The translations under genes and the position numbers were made by a program. Positions 48,733 to 53,888 of a DNA stretch of 53,888 bases are shown here, one piece after another. Under the pieces are notes generated by a model. The model worked only from the letters and a program-made list of their open reading frames with translations. It was not told the DNA's origin and ran no database searches. Positions within the stretch are counted from its first letter, which is position 1. Each line of letters starts with the position of its first letter. Source of the stretch: Flavobacteriales bacterium (GTDB lineage: Bacteria; Bacteroidota; Bacteroidia; Flavobacteriales; Flavobacteriaceae); NCBI GenBank assembly GCA_003232435.1, contig QIJL01000618.1, positions 1 to 53,888 of the forward strand, read 5' to 3'.

Positions 48733-49875
48733 ATGATAAGATCCCTTTGTATCCTCCTTTTGATCGTGCCTCTTTTTGGTGGTGGTAGAGCCTGCGCCCA
48801 AAAAGAAGATAGCAGATCAATTGAAAAATGGGAAAAGATCGAAGCTGGCTTTTCTCCCCCGTATGAATTTAAGAACAAGTACGGTGACTTTCGATCTCCC
48901 CTAAAATTTTATGATGGCAGTATTGTAACCACCACCGAAGATTGGAAGAAACGAAAAAAAGAGATTTTAAACAAGTGGCATGGTATGATGGGAGATTGGC
49001 CGGCATTTATTGAAGATCAAATCCCTGAAATTATTGAAGAGTCCGTTAGGGAAAACGGTATCAAACAATACAAGATCCGATTTTATTGGACACCCGATGA
49101 GATGACAAATGGCTATCTCCTAATTCCTGTAGGTTCAGAAAAAAAACCAGCGGTAGTAACCGTATTTTATGAACCGAAAACTGCCATTGGTTTGGGAAAA
49201 CCATACCGTGATTTTGCCATACAGTTGGCAAAACGGGGCTTCGTGACCCTTTCGATAGGCACAACTGAATCGACAAGGGCCAAAACCTATTCATTATATT
49301 ACCCAAGTTTGGATGATGTGGAAGTACAACCTCTTTCCATGCTGGCGTATGCAGCGGTAAATTCATGGTTCTTACTGGCAAACATGCCAGAAGTCGATGC
49401 TGCCCGAATAGGCATTGTCGGGCATTCCTTTGGCGGTAAATGGGCCATGTTCGCATCCTGTTTGTTCGATAAGTTTGCTTGTGCGGCCTGGTCAGACCCC
49501 GGAATCGTATTCGATGAAAAGCGTGAAAATATAAACTATTGGGAACCTTGGTATCTGGGCTACCACCCCAAGCCATGGCGTAAACGTGGTGTAATTACAC
49601 CTGAAAATCCGGCAAAAGGTTTATATCCAAAATTGGTAGATGAGGGGTTTGACCTCCATGAACTACATGCGCTTATGGTACCACGTCCTTTTTTAGTCTC
49701 TGGTGGTGCTGAAGATCCACCTTCACGATGGGAAGCATTGAACCATACAATTGCAGTTAACAAATTGTTGGGGTTTGAGAATAGGGTGGCCATGACCAAC
49801 AGGGCCGAGCATACCCCCGATTCAACATCCAATGAACAGATATATTCTTTTTTTGAGTATTTCTTGAAAAAATAA
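48733..49875 (+). CDS. Alpha/beta hydrolase (dienelactone hydrolase/esterase-like), secreted
   Basis: LAKRGF, RIGIVGHSFGGK, PRPFLVSGG. Confidence 0.82.
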   Translation: MIRSLCILLLIVPLFGGGRACAQKEDSRSIEKWEKIEAGFSPPYEFKNKYGDFRSPLKFYDGSIVTTTEDWKKRKKEILNKWHGMMGDWPAFIEDQIPEIIEESVRENGIKQYKIRFYWTPDEMTNGYLLIPVGSEKKPAVVTVFYEPKTAIGLGKPYRDFAIQLAKRGFVTLSIGTTESTRAKTYSLYYPSLDDVEVQPLSMLAYAAVNSWFLLANMPEVDAARIGIVGHSFGGKWAMFASCLFDKFACAAWSDPGIVFDEKRENINYWEPWYLGYHPKPWRKRGVITPENPAKGLYPKLVDEGFDLHELHALMVPRPFLVSGGAEDPPSRWEALNHTIAVNKLLGFENRVAMTNRAEHTPDSTSNEQIYSFFEYFLKK

Positions 49876-49913
49876 TGGGATAGTTCTTTATTAGTGAAAC
49901 TCGATTTTGAGAA

Positions 49914-50060
49914 GTCCGCCAAAGGCGGACGAACTCAAAATTGTTAGTTGAACCTGCCGGCAGGGGGGCTAAACGAGGCAAAAAAAATTAGCATCCGCCT
50001 AAGGCGGACGGTCTAAAATTCTAACAGGCCCGAATGAAAAGGCCAACGATCTGGCCTTTG
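49914..50060. repeat. Cluster of short GC hairpins (TCCGCC-x-AAGGCGGA twice, CCTGCCGGCAGG) and a terminator-like stem
   Basis: gtccgccaaaggcggac, cctgccggcagg, tccgcctaaggcgga, aaaggcca-acgatc-tggccttt. Confidence 0.65.
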
Positions 50061-50155
50061 ATAAGGAGCCAGATGGGGCGTTGGCTTCGCAAAAAGGGGC
50101 ATTAAAAAATAATCGACATATTTCAAAAAAGTCTCTTACTCTATCAAGATTCTTA

Positions 50156-50311
50156 GAGCATGTTTAAACTCACTATTTTCCTGATTCCCAATATTTTGAG
50201 AACCATGGCGTTGCTTCAAAGTTTATATATATCCCGATATACCCAAATTTTGAATCTTAGCCAGAACCTCAAACTCTTGAAAATCAGTTCGCATTGATCT
50301 TAAACATACTC
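50156..50311. mobile_element. MITE with TTA target duplication (IS5-like) at a stop codon
   Basis: TTA|GAGCATGTTTAA ... TTAAACATACTC|TTA. The right TTA is the TAA stop of 50312..51358. Confidence 0.75.
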
Positions 50312-51358
50312 TTATTTCAGCGCTTGTTCGCAGAACTCTAAACATTTTTTGACTTCCTCCACCGCATTGGAACCTTCTGGCACTTCATATTCCATTTCAA
50401 TAGTTGCCGTAAACGCATACTTATTATTTTGCATGAGTTGCAAGGCTTCAACCAATGGCGTATCACCTTGCCCCCATTTCAAATTGCCTTTACCGTGTTC
50501 TGGGGTTTGACGGTCTTTAAGATGCATACTTTTGATACGATCGTGTTTCGTTATGATAATCTCCAACGGTTTGGAATTGCCCGCTGCCACATAATGACCT
50601 AAATCCAAGTTCAACGCATTGTACTCCGATTGCTCCAGAGCGGTATCCCACAAAGTGGGTGTCTGTTGTTCGTGCCCATGATATCCCACCGAAATTCCGT
50701 GTTTTTTGGCGAGCTGACCTAATCGTAGGGTATGGGCATCATCACTTGGGTGCTCGACTGTTACATGACTTGCACCTAAAACTTTTCCGGCCTTCATGCC
50801 CCATTCAATATCGGCATCGGTATTATCTTTGCCAAAAGTATTTCTAGGCTTAAAAGCATAAATACTTACTCCGGCATCATTGTACATCTTTCGAAACTTC
50901 TCAAACTTCTCCATATCCGAATTTTTACGCCAGTCCGAAACTTTCTTCAAATATTCTTTTTGTACAACCTTCATTTCAGCAAGTTCTTTTTCTTCATCCT
51001 TTGTGATTTCAGCATCACGTTTTTTCCGCATCAAATCCCACATTGTTGACATATTTAAGGGATTATCAGGTCTTCCGGCAAAAGTCTCGGCAGGATCACC
51101 GATCAATTCAATGGCATTGATCCCACTATCCAAAATATACTTTAAGGTAGCCTCTGCACTTTGATCTTCCATACTTCGAAACGAATAGGTAATAACACCT
51201 ATCTGCACCCCGTTTATGAAAGAATTCGGTTTCTTGTAATGCTTCAAAATCGCTGGGGCTCCAAAAAGCGAGGGACCCACCAATGTTGCGCCTGCGGTAA
51301 CTAAAGTTGATTTTTTAATGAACTTTCTTCTGCTCAAGCACTGATCAATACTTTTCAT
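50312..51358 (-). CDS. Sugar phosphate isomerase/epimerase (TIM barrel), Tat signal
   Basis: SRRKFI, IGVITYSFR, YHGH, LDLGHY, HLKDR, IEMEY. Confidence 0.88.
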   Translation of the reverse strand: MKSIDQCLSRRKFIKKSTLVTAGATLVGPSLFGAPAILKHYKKPNSFINGVQIGVITYSFRSMEDQSAEATLKYILDSGINAIELIGDPAETFAGRPDNPLNMSTMWDLMRKKRDAEITKDEEKELAEMKVVQKEYLKKVSDWRKNSDMEKFEKFRKMYNDAGVSIYAFKPRNTFGKDNTDADIEWGMKAGKVLGASHVTVEHPSDDAHTLRLGQLAKKHGISVGYHGHEQQTPTLWDTALEQSEYNALNLDLGHYVAAGNSKPLEIIITKHDRIKSMHLKDRQTPEHGKGNLKWGQGDTPLVEALQLMQNNKYAFTATIEMEYEVPEGSNAVEEVKKCLEFCEQALK

Positions 51359-51532
51359 AGAGTCTGTCTTTTTTGGTCTTTGAATTTTAGCGGAACTTAA
51401 TTTACAAATTTTATTATAGAACAGATTTATGTACCTAACTTTGTTCCTTACCGATCGATCCTAAAAGGTTATGTGGTTGTTGAATCGTACTGTTTTATAC
51501 TATCTTTAAATCTGAATACTATACCAACAACT

Positions 51533-52969
51533 ATGCGAAGATCAATTGTAATACCAGTACTGCTCATCTGTTTTTGTTCGTGCAATGAGCAGAAAAAAGA
51601 ATCCACTAACGAAAAAAGCACCCAACCGCCGAACATAGTTTTGATTTTTACCGATGATCAAGGGTATGGAGATGTTGGGGTCTTTGGTGCAGACGACATT
51701 GCAACGCCAAATCTCGACCAAATGGCCTCTGAAGGCATAAAGCTGACTAGTTTTTATTCGGCACAAGCGGTCTGTTCGGCTTCCCGTGTTGGCATTTTGA
51801 CTGGTTGCTACCCGAACAGAGTTGGTATTCATGGGGCGCTAGGGCCAGAGAGCAAAAATGGTATTAACGATTCTGAAACTACCATGGCAGAAATGCTTAA
51901 AGAGATCGGTTATAAAACCGCGATTTTCGGAAAGTGGCATTTGGGCCATCATCCAAAGTTTTTACCGACACGACATGGCTTCGATGAATATTTCGGCATT
52001 CCCTATTCCAACGACATGTGGCCTTATCACCCGCAACAGGGCACCGTTTTCAATTTTCCGGACCTTCCACTTTTCGAACAAGAAACGGTTATCGATACAC
52101 TTACCGAACAATCTCAATTGACGACTCAGATCACGGAACGTAGTGTCGATTTTATCAATCGAAATAAAGACAACCCATTCTTTTTGTATGTGCCGCATCC
52201 GCAACCGCACGTTCCACTTTTTGTTTCCGACAAGTTTAAGGGAAAGTCAGATAGAGGATTATATGGAGACGTCATTATGGAAATCGATTGGTCTGTTGGA
52301 CAAATCGTTGACGCGCTTAAAAAAAATGGACTAGAGGAAAATACCGTTATAATTTTTACCTCGGATAACGGACCTTGGCTTTCCTACGGCAACCATGCCG
52401 GAAGCGCTCTACCACTTCGCGAAGGAAAAGGAACCGGTTGGGAAGGCGGCCAGCGCGAGCCTTTTATTATGAAATATCCTAAGAAACTGGCAGCCAATAA
52501 GACCATTGAGACTCCGATTATGGCCATTGATATCTTACCCACAATCGCCGAGATTACCGGTGCGAAATTACCCGGTAAAATAATCGATGGTAAAAGTGCA
52601 TGGTCGGTATTGACCGGCGAATCAGAAGAAAGTCCGAATGAGGCTTATTTCTTTTATTATCGTGTGAACGAACTTTTCGGGGTGCGCTATGGAAAATGGA
52701 AATTATACTTCCCTCATCGCTATCGTACCATGGATGGGCAAGAACCGGGTAAAGACGGATTACCGGGCGACTACAGAATGGTCGATCTGGAAGAAATCGA
52801 ACTTTACGATCTTTCAAGTGATATAAGCGAAACCAAAAACGTTGCCGAGGCGAATCCTGAAGTTGTGGAAAAGATAAAACTATTGGCCAATGACATGCGA
52901 GGGCGATTGGGCGATTCTTTATTGGAACTCGAAGGTTCCGAAACGCGGGAGGCAGGGCAATTGGAATGA
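51533..52969 (+). CDS. Arylsulfatase (S1) lipoprotein
   Basis: Lipobox [34 protein letters not shown]. Confidence 0.94.
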   Translation: MRRSIVIPVLLICFCSCNEQKKESTNEKSTQPPNIVLIFTDDQGYGDVGVFGADDIATPNLDQMASEGIKLTSFYSAQAVCSASRVGILTGCYPNRVGIHGALGPESKNGINDSETTMAEMLKEIGYKTAIFGKWHLGHHPKFLPTRHGFDEYFGIPYSNDMWPYHPQQGTVFNFPDLPLFEQETVIDTLTEQSQLTTQITERSVDFINRNKDNPFFLYVPHPQPHVPLFVSDKFKGKSDRGLYGDVIMEIDWSVGQIVDALKKNGLEENTVIIFTSDNGPWLSYGNHAGSALPLREGKGTGWEGGQREPFIMKYPKKLAANKTIETPIMAIDILPTIAEITGAKLPGKIIDGKSAWSVLTGESEESPNEAYFFYYRVNELFGVRYGKWKLYFPHRYRTMDGQEPGKDGLPGDYRMVDLEEIELYDLSSDISETKNVAEANPEVVEKIKLLANDMRGRLGDSLLELEGSETREAGQLE

Positions 52970-53659
52970 GCGAACTCTTCCGCTTTAAACAATTCACTGT
53001 TCAACAAGACCGCTGCGCAATGAAAATCGGTACTGATGGAGTTCTTTTGGGTGCGTGGACATCATTAGAAAAAAAGCCGAATTCTATTTTAGACATCGGT
53101 GCGGGTACAGGGTTAATTTCATTAATGCTTGCCCAAAGAAGTCCGTCAGCAGTGCGTCGAAAATTTTGAGGCTTCCGACTGGGCAGACAGGTTATTTTGT
53201 TACCATGCCGGATTGGATGAATTTATCGATGACCTGCCTGCCGGCGACGCAGGAATCGAAGAAAAATATGATCTGATCGTTTCAAATCCTCCTTTTTTTT
53301 CTGAGGATGTTTCCAGCGGAAATACTTCTCGCGATATTGCCCGTCAAAATACCTCACTTCCTTTTGATGAACTTTTAAAAGGAGTCTCAAAACTTCTTGC
53401 CGATGATGGTGTCTTTTCAACCATTATTCCTTTTAAAGAAAAGGGGGAATTTGTTGCATTGGCATCTGAACGAAAATTGTTTCCTAAAAGAATTACTCGC
53501 ATAAAAGGAAGTCGCTCCTCAGAGATTAAAAGAAGTCTCCTCGAATTTAGTTTTGAACGAAAAGAGGTCGGCATCGAAGAACTCGTTATTGAAAAACAAA
53601 GACATGAATACACTAAGGAATATGTTAATCTTACCAAAGATTTTTATTTGAAAATGTAA
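52966..53659 (+). pseudogene. tRNA1(Val) A37 N6-methyltransferase (TrmN6/YfiC), frameshifted at ~53145
   Basis: FRFKQF...[14 protein letters not shown]...LDIGAGTG in frame 1; QCVENF...IVSNPPF...LTKDFYLKM in frame 2. Confidence 0.88.
53233..53253. repeat. 21-nt CCTGC...GCAGG palindrome in frame within the methyltransferase coding region
   Basis: cctgcctgccggcgacgcagg; same family as intergenic copies. Confidence 0.75.
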
Positions 53660-53803
53660 CAATTTGCGAAGGCGATGTTGCGTTTCATCTGCTAATAATA
53701 TTTGTTTTTAATCTGTCAGATGTAATTCACCATAAACATTTGAGTCTACATTATCTCTTTGTTATGGCTCATTTCATAACTATCTTTGATAAAAATCTCC
53801 ATT

Positions 53804-53888
53804 ATGCGACCTGATCTTTTCGAAGCACCCGACTACTATGATCTTGATGATCTACTTTCAGAAGAACATAAATTGGTTCGCGATGCCG
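53804..53888 (+). CDS. Acyl-CoA dehydrogenase (glutaryl-CoA DH-like), N-terminus only
   Basis: MRPDLFEAPDYYDLDDLLSEEHKLVRDA; TATCTTTG promoter at 53781-53788. Confidence 0.75.
   Translation, partial: MRPDLFEAPDYYDLDDLLSEEHKLVRDA

Overview
A Flavobacteriaceae-like (Bacteroidota, probably marine) chromosomal window, judged from TAnnTTTG promoters, an exonuclease-fused DnaE, a long acidic-tailed S16 and three sulfatases. Housekeeping genes are hemN, tRNA-Asp, rimM, rpsP, dnaE, trxA, a DUF58 gene, a tRNA A37 N6-methyltransferase and the start of an acyl-CoA dehydrogenase. They are interleaved with sugar/amino-sugar catabolic genes: sulfatases, galM, a hexosamine kinase plus nucleotidyltransferase pair, nagA/nagB, two NRAMP-like permeases, a DeoR regulator and cytochrome c-linked dehydrogenases. 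The unusual content is mostly non-coding. (1) An AT-rich ORF at 5.5-6.2 kb is packaged like an integron gene cassette, with an attC-like hairpin, a matching upstream GTT core and a 28-bp palindrome, but no integrase in the window. (2) At least eight unrelated miniature IS-derived elements are present, several with exact target-site duplications and some nested. (3) A family of 12-24-nt CCTG...CAGG palindromes sits in intergenic DNA and inside other elements, with one copy apparently inserted in frame in a protein-coding gene. (4) Short deletions frameshift hemN, dnaE and the tRNA methyltransferase. (5) A stand-alone OLD-type ATPase-TOPRIM gene lies between dnaE and trxA. No CRISPR array or rRNA was seen. 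Family assignments come from motif recognition, not database searches.
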